Assembly: GCA_965219095.1 (NCBI GenBank) | Contig: OZ244719.1 | Coordinates: forward strand, 160,001-224,000 | Length of the DNA: 64,000 nucleotides | Direction: 5' to 3' | Source of the DNA: Bdellovibrionales bacterium | GTDB lineage: Bacteria > Bdellovibrionota > Bdellovibrionia > Bdellovibrionales > UBA1609 | In this document: piece after piece, positions 40,226-52,244 of the stretch | Layout of the letters: the number at the start of each line of letters is the position of its first letter | Position numbering within the stretch: the stretch's first letter is position 1 | Program-made: the position numbers and the translations under genes | Notes under the pieces: model-generated | The model's database searches: none | What the model was told of the DNA's origin: nothing | The model's input: only the letters and a program-made list of their open reading frames with translations

Positions 40226-42151
40226 ATGTCACAAAGACTTTTTCTTGTTTTTTTTATCTTCTGTTTGTTTTCTTTAAGTCTTATTGTAAGAACTATTTAC
40301 CTGCAATTTGGTTATGACAAAAGAATTGTCAACCTTAAAAACAAGCAGTTTAAAACAAAGATTCACATCAACTCACAAAGGGGTAAAATATGGGATCGTC
40401 ATGGAAAGGAACTAGCTGTTAGTATAAGTTCATACTCTCTATATGCTCATCCATCAAAAATTAAAAAAAAATACGAAACATCTCGCAAACTATCCAAGAT
40501 TTTAAAAATAAGCTTCAAAAAAATTAGAAAAAAGTTGAACAAAAAAAACTTTGTTTGGATTCAAAGAAAGCTCTCTAAAGAAATAAGAGATAAAATTCAA
40601 TTTTTAAATATAGAGGGGTTAAATTTTATAGAAGAGCCTAAAAGAATCTACCCTCATGAAAGGCTTTTAAGTCAAACATTGGGCTTTGTAGGAATAGATA
40701 ACAAAGGACTTGAAGGTATAGAGTTTAAATACAACAAAGAGCTAGAAGCTAAGAAAAAAACCATCAGCCTTTTGAGAGATGCAAGAGGACGCCCTCTTGT
40801 GTCTCAAGGTTATTTTTTAACTCAGCACCCTCAGGGAAATTCTTTAAAACTGACTATTGATCAAGAGCTTCAGTTTTTTTTAGAAAAAGAACTTACAAAC
40901 AGCATCATAAAAAATCAAGCCAAGTCAGCTCTTGGAGTGATCTTAGAGGCTCACACATCTGAAATCCTAGCTTTAGCCAACATACCAGGATACGATGCAA
41001 ACAAACCTCTAAAAAGTCCTAAAAACTCAAGAAAAAATCACATAGTTAACTCTACATTTGAACCAGGAAGCACTATGAAAAGTTTCATTATAGCAGGAGC
41101 TCTTGAAGAAAAACTGATCAAGCCTAATACGAAAATTGACTGCGAAGACGGTTCTTTTCAAATTGATGATCGTGTGATTACTGAAGCTGGGGGAAAAAAA
41201 TATAGCACTTTAACTGTTAGCGATGTGCTAAAGCACTCTTCTAATATTTGTGTCGCAAAAATCTCCTTTCTCTTAGGTGATAAAAAGGTTTTCAAAATTT
41301 TAAAAAAATTTGGATTTGGTCAAAAAACAAACGTAGATCTTCCTGGCGAGCAAAAAGGAATTTTAAAAAAACCTCCTTTAAGAAAGCATCATTTAAGCAA
41401 TATTTCTTTTGGACAAGGCATTAGTGTAACAGCTTTACAAGTAGCAAATGCTTACACAGCTATAGCAAATGGAGGATTTTTAAATCGCCCCTTTATTGTC
41501 AAAGAATTGATCAATGGATCTGATGGAGTCAAACGTAAAATTTCTAACAAAGTTACAAAAAAAAGAGTTTTAAGTCAAGAAGTGAGTGAGATGATGCAGT
41601 TGATACTCACTTACGCAGCCCCTAAAGCTTCTCATATTAATGGATTTCCTGTAGCAGGAAAAACAGGAACGGCTCAAAAAGTTGATTTTGTTAAAAGTGG
41701 GTATAAAAAAAATGCTTTTCTTTCAAGTTTTGCAGGTATTTTACCAGCCCATGATCCTAAGTTTGTTATTTATATTGCCATCGACGAACCTCAAAAAAAA
41801 CACTACGGCTCCCAAGTGGCGGCACCCGTGTTTGCTCAATTGGCTCGTTATATTGCAAGAAAGGCTCAGTTGACTCCTATTTTTATAGATAACCCTCAAA
41901 TTTTAAAAAAACAAAATGTTTCACTAGATTACAAACAAGAAAAAGCTCTCAAGAAGCTAAAGGTTTTATCAAGCCTCTACTTCCAAAAAATGCCCGATCT
42001 TATAGGGTTTTCTCTTAAAGAATCCTATCATATTTTAAAAAAAAGAAAAATTAAAGTAAAAATCAAAGGCTCAGGCTTTGTTAAAAGGACCTATCCTCAC
42101 CGAGGAGCTATACTTAAAAAAAATCAGCTGGTGGAGTTAATTTTAGAATAA
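40226..42151 (+). CDS. ftsI: Class B penicillin-binding protein with PASTA domain
   Basis: RGKIWDRHG, EPGSTMK, SSN, GKTGTAQK, MPDLIG. Confidence 0.93.
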   Translation: MSQRLFLVFFIFCLFSLSLIVRTIYLQFGYDKRIVNLKNKQFKTKIHINSQRGKIWDRHGKELAVSISSYSLYAHPSKIKKKYETSRKLSKILKISFKKIRKKLNKKNFVWIQRKLSKEIRDKIQFLNIEGLNFIEEPKRIYPHERLLSQTLGFVGIDNKGLEGIEFKYNKELEAKKKTISLLRDARGRPLVSQGYFLTQHPQGNSLKLTIDQELQFFLEKELTNSIIKNQAKSALGVILEAHTSEILALANIPGYDANKPLKSPKNSRKNHIVNSTFEPGSTMKSFIIAGALEEKLIKPNTKIDCEDGSFQIDDRVITEAGGKKYSTLTVSDVLKHSSNICVAKISFLLGDKKVFKILKKFGFGQKTNVDLPGEQKGILKKPPLRKHHLSNISFGQGISVTALQVANAYTAIANGGFLNRPFIVKELINGSDGVKRKISNKVTKKRVLSQEVSEMMQLILTYAAPKASHINGFPVAGKTGTAQKVDFVKSGYKKNAFLSSFAGILPAHDPKFVIYIAIDEPQKKHYGSQVAAPVFAQLARYIARKAQLTPIFIDNPQILKKQNVSLDYKQEKALKKLKVLSSLYFQKMPDLIGFSLKESYHILKKRKIKVKIKGSGFVKRTYPHRGAILKKNQLVELILE

Positions 42152-43548
42152 TGCTTTGGTCTCTAGAAGATTTGATCAGAATAACTCGAGGAAATGTAAT
42201 TTCTTTACAAAATCAAACTTCAAAAAGATTTTCTTCTATTAGTATTGATACAAGAAAAAACTTAAAAGGAAGTGCATTTATAGCTTTAAGAGGAGAGAAG
42301 TTCAATGGGCATGATTTTTTAGATGAAGCTTGTGAGAAAAAAGCTCAATGTGTTTTAATTGATGAGGATAAAAATATCCCTTCTTCTATTGTAGCTATAA
42401 GAGTTAAAGATACATTAAAAGCCTTACAAGATTTAGCATCTTTTTATAGAAGAGAAAAAAAATTTAGAGTCTTAGGTGTAACAGGATCTGTGGGTAAAAC
42501 AACGGTGAAGAACTTTACTTATAGTCTTTTGCACAAAGAAAAAAAAACATTTACTATTGAGAAAAGCTTTAACAATAACATAGGTGTTCCTCTTACAATC
42601 CTAGAAGCTCCTCAAGACTCAAAAACTATTATTGTAGAGATAGGTTCTAATCAAAAAGGTGAAATTGAAAAACTGACAAAAATTGCACAACCCAATCAAG
42701 TTTTAGTTACCTATATAGGAACTTCTCATAGAGAATTTTTTTGCTCTAGAGATGAAATTGCTAAGGAAAAACAACAGATTTATTTAAAATCTCCAAAATC
42801 TTTGCAAATTTATAATCTGGATCAAGAAGAGTTAAGAGAAATGCATTTTCAAGCGAAAAAAAAAGGATGTTCTTGTTTGACCTATTCACAATATTTTTCA
42901 AAAGCTGATGTATTTTTACAAGCAAAATCTTTATCCCTTAACAGCCTTGTATTAGAGGGTCACATTCATGGTCAAAGAGATAAAACTTTAGTACCCCTCT
43001 TTGGCTTGCAAAATGTAAATAATCTTATGGCGGCTTGTTGCTTTGCCTTAGGAGAAAACCTCCCTCCTAAAGTCATATGGAAAAATTTAAGTTTTTGTAA
43101 AAATTTCTGGGGACGAAGTGAGGTTATCTTACTAGAAAATAAGGCAACACTTTTGTTTGATTCCTACAATTCAAGCTTAGAAAGCTCAAAAGCTTTATTG
43201 GATAATATTAAATCACTTCATTGGAAAACCGGAAAAAAATACCTTATTCTAGGTGAGATTGCCGAAATAGGAGAAAAAAGAGGCCTTTATCATGAAATGT
43301 TAGCATGTATGGTCAAAGAGCAAGCTTGGGAAAAGGTATGGTTTGTAGGAAAATCTTACCCATTTTTTAAAAAAACTCTTGGAAAATCATCTATCGATTT
43401 GAAAGTTTTCAAGAGTTATGATAATTATCATGATATTGCAGAAGAGCTTGTTAAAAAGCTTAAAGCAGGGGATTTAGTGGCTCTTAAAGCTTCTCGCTTT
43501 ATGAAATTTGAAAAAATTTCTAACTTGTTAAGACAAAAAATTTTTTAA
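42151..43548 (+). CDS. murF: UDP-MurNAc-tripeptide--D-Ala-D-Ala ligase
   Basis: SIDTR, GVTGSVGKTT, NNNIGVPLT, DSYN, LKASR. Confidence 0.9.
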   Translation: MLWSLEDLIRITRGNVISLQNQTSKRFSSISIDTRKNLKGSAFIALRGEKFNGHDFLDEACEKKAQCVLIDEDKNIPSSIVAIRVKDTLKALQDLASFYRREKKFRVLGVTGSVGKTTVKNFTYSLLHKEKKTFTIEKSFNNNIGVPLTILEAPQDSKTIIVEIGSNQKGEIEKLTKIAQPNQVLVTYIGTSHREFFCSRDEIAKEKQQIYLKSPKSLQIYNLDQEELREMHFQAKKKGCSCLTYSQYFSKADVFLQAKSLSLNSLVLEGHIHGQRDKTLVPLFGLQNVNNLMAACCFALGENLPPKVIWKNLSFCKNFWGRSEVILLENKATLLFDSYNSSLESSKALLDNIKSLHWKTGKKYLILGEIAEIGEKRGLYHEMLACMVKEQAWEKVWFVGKSYPFFKKTLGKSSIDLKVFKSYDNYHDIAEELVKKLKAGDLVALKASRFMKFEKISNLLRQKIF

Positions 43549-43769
43549 AAGCCCATTCAAACGTAAGTCGGTTATATGACCGCCCTTGACTTCTACTGAG
43601 GAGGATATTTCTTAGATTTTAAAGGAGAAGTTTTTATTGATCTTGTTGTAAAACGGTGTTGTAAGACGTTTTCCTAAGGCCTTCCTCGTTACAAAAGTAT
43701 TAGAGAAGTTCTTAAAAGAATAATTCTTAGTTTTTTTTCGTAATTTTGATTTTTTTTGTGCTTTATTCT

Positions 43770-46510
43770 TTAAGAACGAAGCTCACTTGTATACTCAAAA
43801 GGCGTTTTAATAGGTATCTTATCAAGGGAGTTTCCCACAGCCATTAAAATATAGTCCTTAGGATCTAATTCCACCTTCTTACAACTTTCCACAATACTGT
43901 AAAGTACTGATGCTGTTTCAACTCCTCTCTGAGTCCTTGACCCATGAAAGTTCTTTCTTCCCATCACAGAATGCCGAATCGTTCTTTCTGCTTCATTGTT
44001 GGTCATAGGAATTTTCTCATTTTCTAAGAATAAATTTAAGCCATCCCAGTGATTAAAGCTATAATCAATAGCCTTTTTTAAGCCACTCTCAGGACGAGCT
44101 TCTCCATATAAAGTTTATAATACAGATCTTGCAGAGAAAGAACTAAATCCTTTGATTCTGTTTGTCTTAAACTTTTGAGCTCTTCATAAGTTTTTGCCTT
44201 TGATTCAACTTTAAAAATCTCCTCCATAAGCTTTAATACTTTTCCACACTCCTCAGGGTAATTCTGTTCTATGTCAATAAACTTTCTTATCACTGAGACC
44301 AACAAAAAGCAAGATCAATTCCCTTTTCACCCTCAAAGTGTGTTTTATAACTAACGTATCCATCTGTTAAAATAGGCCCCTTATAAGACCCCAAGAGTTC
44401 TTTAACAGAACAAGCTGAACGGCTCTCACTAAAGTAATAAAAACTTCCTCCCTGATGACTTATAACAAACATGTAGCTATCCTTTTGATGTGAATTATTA
44501 ATAGGCCATGGAGTTTCATCAATATGAATCGTTCTGTCTAGTTTAAGAAGCTCCTCTTTGATTTCTTTTCTCACAGGCTCTAAATAACAACTCACAAAAT
44601 AACAAAGATTATAAAGAGTCCTACAATTCACCTTCAAACCATCTGATTCCATCATTCTTCTTACTCTCTCTAAAGGAAGGTGATACAAGTACTTTTGACT
44701 CGCTACTTCTATTGCAAATTTTGGGGAGTACTTAGATCCTGGAACAATTTTCTTAGGAACAGGAGCTGATACTATGATCTCTTTTTCTCCCACTTTGCTT
44801 GCCTTCAGACGGTACTTGTAAAGATGTGATCTTCCCCCAAAAAAGTGGACAGTTTTTATGTTCTTAAAGCCCTCCTTTGTTTAAATTCTTTTGGGCTCAT
44901 GTATTTCAAGGAAGAATGCATTCTTACCTTGTTATACCAATCCATGTAAATTGCAATTTTTTTCTCCAACTCTTCCTTTGTTGTACAGTCTTTGTATTCC
45001 AGTTCATCTTTCAACGTATGGAAAAAGCTCTCCACAAACGCATTATCATAACAATTTCCTTTCCTAGACATAGATTGCTTGAGGCCAAAGAATTTCAATT
45101 CTTTTCTAAACCCTTCACAACAATATTGAACCCCTTGATCCGAGTGGATTATCAAGCCCTCTAAGTTCCCAGAAACAGATTGGACTGCGGCTCTCAGAGC
45201 CTGTTTTGAATGAACCCCGTCCAAGCTCTCACAGAGCTTCCAAGACTTAATCTCTCGATTATAGACATCTAAAAATACAACCAAATACAGAAATTTATCT
45301 CTAAAAGGAATATAGGTTAAATCCGAACACCATACCTGGTTTTCTTTTCCTGCTTGGCTCTGTCCTGTCTTAAACAACCGAGGAGACTTAATCATGAGAG
45401 GGTTATTCTTTGTTGTTCTAGGAACATAGGGTTTTTTCTGACGGGCACTGAGATTCTTTAGTTTCATAATTCGAGCTACTTTGTTTTCTCCAGCACTCAC
45501 TCCGCAACGCTTTAATTCCCTATACACCCTGGGGGAACCATAACAGCCTTTATTTTTTTTAAAAATAGATTCTATGTTTTTCTCCAGATTTTTATCCTTT
45601 TCAAGCTTTCCCCTGGTTTTTAAAAAACTATAAAAACCAGAACGAGATCCTCTTAATAATTCGCAAATGCGAAGCACTGGATGCCCTTTCTCTTTTACAT
45701 AAAACATAGCCTTAAATCTCATTTCAGGATTTCCTTTGAAAAAAAAGCCGCTGCCTCTTTCAATATACCTACACTCCGCCTCTCATAGACCAGCTCCTTT
45801 TTTAACCTCTTTATTTCCTCCAATGCTGAAGCCAAGTCATGGGAAGCTTGTCTTTCTACTTCAGGCTTTAGAAAACGCTTCCAAGAGCTTATCACTTGGA
45901 AATTTCTCAGTCCTAGCTTCTCTGAGGCTTCCTTTGCACCTATTTCCTCTGCCAATTCAATGGCTTGCTTTTTAAACTCTTCCGAGTACTGTTTTACTTT
46001 TTCCATTCTTTCTTTTACCTCCATTTTATGGAGACTTTAAGAGAAAATTGACTGTCCGCAGAAACAGGGGAAGTTCAGATGATACTTCTTTCTAACATAG
46101 CTTCTTACATGAACATCAACCTCTCCTGACACGTCTTGAATCTTTAATTCCTCCCACTCACTGTCCTTAGGATAACCATACTGCTGTGCTATATCAGAAA
46201 GTTCTTCGTCTGTGAGCTTATGATCTACTCTTATCTCTTTTAAGGCCTTCACCTCCCCTTCTTTAGGAGCAGGAACTAAACTCTCAGATTCAAGAAGAAT
46301 TGTCTTTTTAAGCTTCTTTCTACTACGAGAAGATAGTTTTCTTTTTTCACTGGATTTTCCAAATACTATTTTCTTGAACTTACTAAGTAGCTCATCATTA
46401 AAAAGCTTTAATTGATCTTCTTTAGCCTTTTTCTTCTTAAGCTCATTTAATTCTCCTTTTAAAAGTTTAATTTCTTTTTTATAAAGGTGAATGAGTTCAT
46501 TAGAAATCAA
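43770..46510 (-). pseudogene. IS66-A tnpC, split by IS3 and frameshifts
   Basis: FGKSSEK, HIDETPW, TDGYVSY, AFCW, TNNEAERTIR. Confidence 0.9.
44827..46077 (-). mobile_element. IS3-family element copy 3 (OrfA 45719-46024, OrfB 44856-45722)
   Basis: Near-identical to the other copies; 4-bp TSD GATG. Confidence 0.95.
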
Positions 46511-46602
46511 CTTTACATTTTCCAGATCTTTTTCCTCTCGAACAAACGAAGGAAGATGTTTGTATTCAGGGTTTTCGCTTTTTTTTTAAATAAGGAAAAA
46601 GA

Positions 46603-48134
46603 GTAACTGCTCACTCTCGTAAGTTTTTATTTAAAGCCATAGAGATGGCTTCTAAAGAAGAATACCCTCTATTTCTCATTGTTTTAACATAGCTGGTAAT
46701 ACGACAAAAATATTTCGCCATTTCTTCTGTTCTGAAACACCCTGACACTTTCTTTTTCACTTTAGTCATTCTTAGATCTCTTTCAGCTCTGTTATTAGTA
46801 GGATCTACGTTCTTTCTTTTAGCAAAGCACAGTATTTCTGCTTCATACTTTTTAAATCGCAGCCAAAGGTTTTGAGCTTGTGTATGCTTTATTCGTCCTT
46901 TCTTGCCATTTTTCTTAGGAAATTCTGGAAGCTCTTTTAAGCCTTTTGTAAGAATACTCCTATACCTTCTCTGAAGAGTTTCGTACTCTTTTTGAGTCAG
47001 AACTCTTGACTCTTTTTTATGAACTAACTCCACAGTCTCTTTAAGAAGTTTTTTGAGATTTGTAGCCCATTTGAATCCATTGCTTTCTTCTATAAATTTA
47101 AGCTCTCTCAAAAGGTGAGCCACACACAAAGCATGAGTTATCTTATCATAACAAAAGTAAGGACTCCAACAATCATGCACAAGCACTCCTGTATATCTAT
47201 CCAAGAGACCAATATCTTTTATGGCTTCCCTTCCACCTGAAAGGTGTAGAAACTGCAAGACTAATTCTCCTGAACTATAAGTATGAATCCAGTAGTTTTT
47301 ACCCTTAACCCTCATAGAGGTCTCATCAACATGAATGACCTCTGATTCAAGTATCTTTTCTTTCATCTGCTCTTCCCAACTTTTAAGAAACTCTCCTAAT
47401 TCAGCAATGTATCTCAACATAACTGCAGGAGAAATCATTCGACCTATAAGCCCCATGTAATGTTCCCCAACACGTTGAAAAGACAGCATCTGAACTATAA
47501 TGAAATTGATGATGGAAGCTCTAATGCCTATACCATACTGAAGAGGACCACTCATACCTTTAGGAAATTGACCTTTATTTCTAGCTCCACATGAGGGACA
47601 ATCCTTAACTTCAGAAGTTACAGTATGGGTCTGAATTTCATAAAAAATATCAATCTTTTTACGCTTCTCAAGGCTTTTTACCTCTGCTGTCTTTAAACAC
47701 ATCCCACACTGAGAACACTCTGAGGGAGAGACAGTCTCCTCACTGTTTGTATCTTTACTGTTATCAAGTCTAGAGCCCTTTTTCTGACTCCCACTAGCTT
47801 TCTTATTACGATTCCCTTGACGACTAAAATCTTGCGAAGGAGGAAGACCGCTGTTGCTGGAATTTTTTCGAACCTGTTTTTCTAAAAGCACAACAATCAG
47901 AATGTTCACAACCTTAAAGAGAGATTCAAAAACCACAGAAATCTCAGTAGGCACAGAACCTTTCTTTGCAAACTTATCAAAGTCACTTCTTATATTTTCA
48001 ATCTCATTTCTGATGGAGGTCTTATTTATTGTCATTTGAAAAGAGTATTTAAAAGAAAATCTGTAAGAGCAAGACTTTTATCTTAAAACAGGTCTAAAGT
48101 TAAGGATAACTGAACAATGTAGGTGAGCAGTTAC
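46603..48134 (-). mobile_element. IS66-B, complete (transposase 46611-48035)
   Basis: 8-bp TSD GAAAAAGA; near-identical to 33999-35530. Confidence 0.95.
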
Positions 48135-48237
48135 GAAAAAGACTCATCTGCATACATTAATGTCAACATGTCTGTTTTTGTTTTGCAAGCTTTTTTTTAA
48201 AAAAATAAAAATAATCTAAAAAAATAATCTAAAAAAA

Positions 48238-48894
48238 TTATCTTTTCTTAAGCTCGTACTTTCTTAAAATCGAACCATGAACTAAAAGATTCAATTCACT
48301 CCTTGTTAACTCGGGAGAACTTAAATCACTTAAACTCATAAACCTTTCTTTCTCCATCCTCTTTGTTAGTAAAACAAGACCACTCCCATCATAGAACAGC
48401 CCTTTTTATCTCCTTCTATTAAAACCTAGAAAGAGATAAAGATCTCCTAAGTTGATCTCTCCTTTCATCTCACTTCTTACCAGATAACTTAACCTCTCAA
48501 AACTCCATCGCATGTCTATCTTTTGAGAGCAGACAAAAATACGGTAGCCTTCAGATAAAAAGATCATAAACTCCTCACTAACTCTAAAACCTCTTCCCAA
48601 TCTAGACCCTTTAAGACTAAGACCTTCTCTTTCATCACATGACTTTTCCTTTTTCAAAGAGACAGCCTTAAAAAGGGACTTCTTGTGAGAAACTGTTGAA
48701 ACATAATACTTCTTCCAGTTATTGATCGTGGAGGAGCTGACCTTTGTCTCTTTACAAAATTTAGAAACCTTTTCCTCTTTCAAAAAATCTAGAATCTCTC
48801 TCTTAAGAGCTTCTGGGTAGCGTATAAGCTTCTTGTTAGAATTCTCCTCTCGACAAAGCTGTATCTTCTTTTTTAAATTAATCCCTTCTTCCAT
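48238..48894 (-). pseudogene. IS66-A tnpA (frameshifted) and tnpB (premature stop at 48406)
   Basis: IDMRWSFERL...LYLFLGFNRRR*KGLFYDGSGLVLLTKRME. Confidence 0.85.
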
Positions 48895-49025
48895 AAAATC
48901 CTCCCTCTTAAGAAAAACTTATGAGAGAAATTTAAGCTTGGATAGGGCGGTCATATAACCGACTTACATTCAAACAACCTTCAAGCCTCTTATCTCAATC
49001 CAAAAGGAGAAGAGAAAAATGAATC

Positions 49026-50060
49026 TTACTTTAAAGCTTCTCTAATAAAAGCTGAAGCTGTATCCATAAGCCACACAGCAACAGCAATAACAATAACAAG
49101 ACAGCCTACCTCGTTCCATAAAGCTTGACCTTGATACATATTTAAAAGTGTACCTATACCACCACCTCCTACAAGACCTATCACAGTAGCCATTCTTGTA
49201 TTGATGTCCCAACGATAAATGGTAAAAGCTGTGTAAGGTAAGATCACTTGAGGGACAATGGCAAACCATACAACTTGTAACATATTCGCCCCTGTAGCTT
49301 TAATGGCTTCTATGGGTCCATCGTCAACACTTTCAGCAAGTTCCGAATAATTTTTTGCTAACGAAACAAAGGAATGCAACCAAAGTGCCAACATTCCTGC
49401 AAAAGGACCAATTCCCACCCATATGGAAAAAATAATAGCCCAGATAAGAGGCTCAATGGAACGTGTGATGTTAATAAAAACTCTAATAGCACTGTAGACA
49501 AATAAAGAAATTCCATTATGACTCATGATGTTTTTAGCTGCCAAAAAGCTTAAGATAAAAGCAAGGGGTACTGCTAGAATCGTTGCCATAAAAGCCATAA
49601 AGATGGTTTCAACGATCTTTAAAACAGCTTCTGGAAGAATATTAAAGTTAGGGGTAAAAAGATTTACAAAAATTCTTTTTGCAGCGGCAAAACCATCCGG
49701 ACTAAAAAGTTCAATAACATTAAGCTTTGTAGCATGTACCCCTGCTATAAAAGCCACACTAAAAACTAAGATTCTTTGTAGATTAATAAATCGTGAGAAA
49801 AAAAATTTTTGAGAGATTTCGGATCCAATCTTTTTTGTCTCAAAAAGAGATGACCCCATGGTTTCTATTTTTTTCTTATAGAGAACTGTAAAAACCAAAA
49901 TTCCTAAAAAGAAAGAAGATAGAAAATAAATGAGATTCATTTGAAGGTCTAAAAGCTCTTCTTCTGTTGGCTTTAAAAGCCAAAAACCAAAGGTGAGAGC
50001 TAAAAAACAAAAGCTTGCAGCGTCTAAAGTAACAGCCTTTACATAATCACGTTTTTTCAC
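49026..50060 (-). CDS. phnE: Phosphonate/phosphite ABC permease with N-terminal extension
   Basis: RSIEPLIWA, GPIEAIKATGA, YRWDINTRMATVIGLVGGGGIG. Confidence 0.9.
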   Translation of the reverse strand: MKKRDYVKAVTLDAASFCFLALTFGFWLLKPTEEELLDLQMNLIYFLSSFFLGILVFTVLYKKKIETMGSSLFETKKIGSEISQKFFFSRFINLQRILVFSVAFIAGVHATKLNVIELFSPDGFAAAKRIFVNLFTPNFNILPEAVLKIVETIFMAFMATILAVPLAFILSFLAAKNIMSHNGISLFVYSAIRVFINITRSIEPLIWAIIFSIWVGIGPFAGMLALWLHSFVSLAKNYSELAESVDDGPIEAIKATGANMLQVVWFAIVPQVILPYTAFTIYRWDINTRMATVIGLVGGGGIGTLLNMYQGQALWNEVGCLVIVIAVAVWLMDTASAFIREALK

Positions 50061-50077
50061 CCTTTCCCCTTTTTTTT

Positions 50078-50851
50078 TTAATTAACTGTGACTTCTTTAG
50101 CTTTCTCACCATAAATACGTTGAAACCATTCATCTGTGATGTGATCAGGTAGCCCATCAAAAACTTTATAACCATCTTTTAAGGCAATCACTCGATCAGC
50201 ATATTGACGTACAAGACTTAAAAAATGAAGATTGCATAATACAGTCAATCCTAGTTCCTTATTAATTTTCTTCAAATAATCCATGACAGTATGACAAGTA
50301 GCAGGATCAAGACTTGCCACAGGTTCATCGGCTAGTAAAATCTCTGGATTTTGAGTTAAGGCACGAGCGATAGCCACTCGTTGTTGTTGTCCTCCTGAGA
50401 GTTCGTCTGCTCTTAAAAACGCTTTTTCACAAATACCTACAAGCTCGAGGTATTTTAAAGCTTGGTTTTTATTTTTTTCTGAGAAAACTCCTAAAATACT
50501 TTTCAAACTCCCCACACGTCCTAAAGTTCCTGTAAGAGCATTTTTTAATACTGAATAGCGAGGCACAAGATTAAAGTGTTGGAAGATCATAGCCATTTGA
50601 GTGCGAATTTTACATACTTCATAAGCTTTTACATAAGTAATATCACGACCTTTAAAGAAAATTGCTCCTGTTGTAACAGAATGTAAGTGATTCAAACAGC
50701 GAAGCAGTGTTGACTTTCCTGATCCACTAAGACCAATAATCACAAGAAATTCTCCTTTTTTTACACTAAAACTAATACCTCTAAGAGCTTGAACTCCATT
50801 AGAGTAGGTTTTGGTAAGATTTTCTACTTTAAGTATCTCTTGTTGGTTCAT
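50078..50851 (-). CDS. phnC: Phosphonate/phosphite ABC ATPase
   Basis: GLSGSGKST, LSGGQQQRVAIARAL, ADEPVASLDP, NLH. Confidence 0.92.
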   Translation of the reverse strand: MNQQEILKVENLTKTYSNGVQALRGISFSVKKGEFLVIIGLSGSGKSTLLRCLNHLHSVTTGAIFFKGRDITYVKAYEVCKIRTQMAMIFQHFNLVPRYSVLKNALTGTLGRVGSLKSILGVFSEKNKNQALKYLELVGICEKAFLRADELSGGQQQRVAIARALTQNPEILLADEPVASLDPATCHTVMDYLKKINKELGLTVLCNLHFLSLVRQYADRVIALKDGYKVFDGLPDHITDEWFQRIYGEKAKEVTVN

Positions 50852-51789
50852 TTCTTTCTTATAAGTTTCTCGGGTAAGAGCTTACCAACTTTTAAAACAC
50901 TTCTTATAGATTCATAGTCTTTATTAGTAGCTTTTCTAAGACCTGTAATAAGACCTATTTTTTTGAATACATCTTTGCCCTTCTTTGTTTTTATGTATTT
51001 TAAAAGAGCATTAACTACAGTATATTCAATTTCAGGATCAATACCTTTTCTTCCCACAAAAGGTTCATTGGGAATCTTTTGTGTGAGATGAATGATATTC
51101 ACTTCCTTTTCTATATTAGGGTATTGAGTAAGAACCAAACGTCTTGCATCTTGGATTTTTCCATTTGCAGGAGGTGAATAAAATGTAGCTCCTGCATCTA
51201 CTTGTTTTTGGTAAAGCATAGTGATGACGTTATCATGTCTTTGTGCAAATACCGTCTCTGAAGGTTTGATGTTATTCTTCTTAAATTCATAGTTTGGCAG
51301 GATAAAGCCTGATGTAGAAGAAGGATCAACAAAAGCAACTTTTTTTCCTGCTAAACCTTTTAAATTTTTTATATTGCTATCAGCTCGTACCACAATTTGA
51401 GAGCGGTATGTGAAGTGACCATGACGTCCTATGATTAAAAGAGCTTTTACCCCATATTTATTGTTTGCTACAATGTAGGGAAAAGTGCCAAAAAAAGCAA
51501 AGTCAGCTCGCTTAGAGCCTAAGGCTTCTATAACAGCCACATAGCTTGTAGGAACTGAAAACTTATACTTATAGGGAGTTAATTTTTCTAAATCTTCAAC
51601 AAGCTTTTTTCCTGAATCTTTCATAAGTCCTACATCAACTGAAGGAATAAAAAAAATTTTAATAGGATTTTTTTCAGAGCCTAAAGGATATTGATACGAA
51701 GCTGTACAAGAAAAGATCCCTAGAGAAAAAAGAACAAGTACATATTTTCTTAAAATGACTTTTTGTCTTTTTCTTATCCTGTCTATCAT
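50848..51789 (-). CDS. phnD: Phosphonate/phosphate/phosphite-binding lipoprotein
   Basis: Lipobox IFSC; SYVAVIEAL, DPSSTSGFILP, HDNVI. Confidence 0.88.
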   Translation of the reverse strand: MIDRIRKRQKVILRKYVLVLFSLGIFSCTASYQYPLGSEKNPIKIFFIPSVDVGLMKDSGKKLVEDLEKLTPYKYKFSVPTSYVAVIEALGSKRADFAFFGTFPYIVANNKYGVKALLIIGRHGHFTYRSQIVVRADSNIKNLKGLAGKKVAFVDPSSTSGFILPNYEFKKNNIKPSETVFAQRHDNVITMLYQKQVDAGATFYSPPANGKIQDARRLVLTQYPNIEKEVNIIHLTQKIPNEPFVGRKGIDPEIEYTVVNALLKYIKTKKGKDVFKKIGLITGLRKATNKDYESIRSVLKVGKLLPEKLIRKK

Positions 51790-51993
51790 AAAAGCTCCTT
51801 ATATTTATTGTGATAGAGAATTTTTCCTATTGTCTAAACAACTACAATAAAAACAAAAGGAATTCAAACTTTTTTGAAAGCATTAGAATTATGATAAGCC
51901 CTTTACCTTTAAGAAATTAAAAATTTACCAATAACCACCTTGAACCCTCCTCGTTAGTTTTCTTGATGAAAGAACTGGTAATAAAACTAAAGT

Positions 51994-52095
51994 TGACTGT
52001 CCGCATAAACAGGGGAAGTCCACTTTTTTCGACATTCTAAAAATTTAACAGAGTTTGATCAAAAAGGCTGGTCATCCATATGAGAATGTCGAATT
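51994..52095 (-). mobile_element. IS3 left-end stub joined to an IS630-2 left-end remnant
   Basis: GACTGTCCGCATAAACAGGGGAAGTCCA, then reverse complement of about 57226-57320. Confidence 0.7.
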
Positions 52096-52244
52096 AATTT
52101 TTGGAAATGGTATTACTGAGCCACTCTGGGTTCCATTTTTTGACTCAATACAATATTGAAATAGTTTTTCTTGACGTTTCTTATTTTTTTGTACTAAAGC
52201 CTTCAAAAGACAAGAGTGAAAACAACAGTAAAAAATGAGGTAAA

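Larger units (their letters stand above)
43563..48967 (-). mobile_element. IS66-A (tnpA-tnpB-tnpC), decayed, hosting an IS3 and an IS66-B
   Basis: TIR GTAAGTCGGTTATATGACCGCCCT at both ends; 8-bp TSD ATTCAAAC. Confidence 0.93.
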
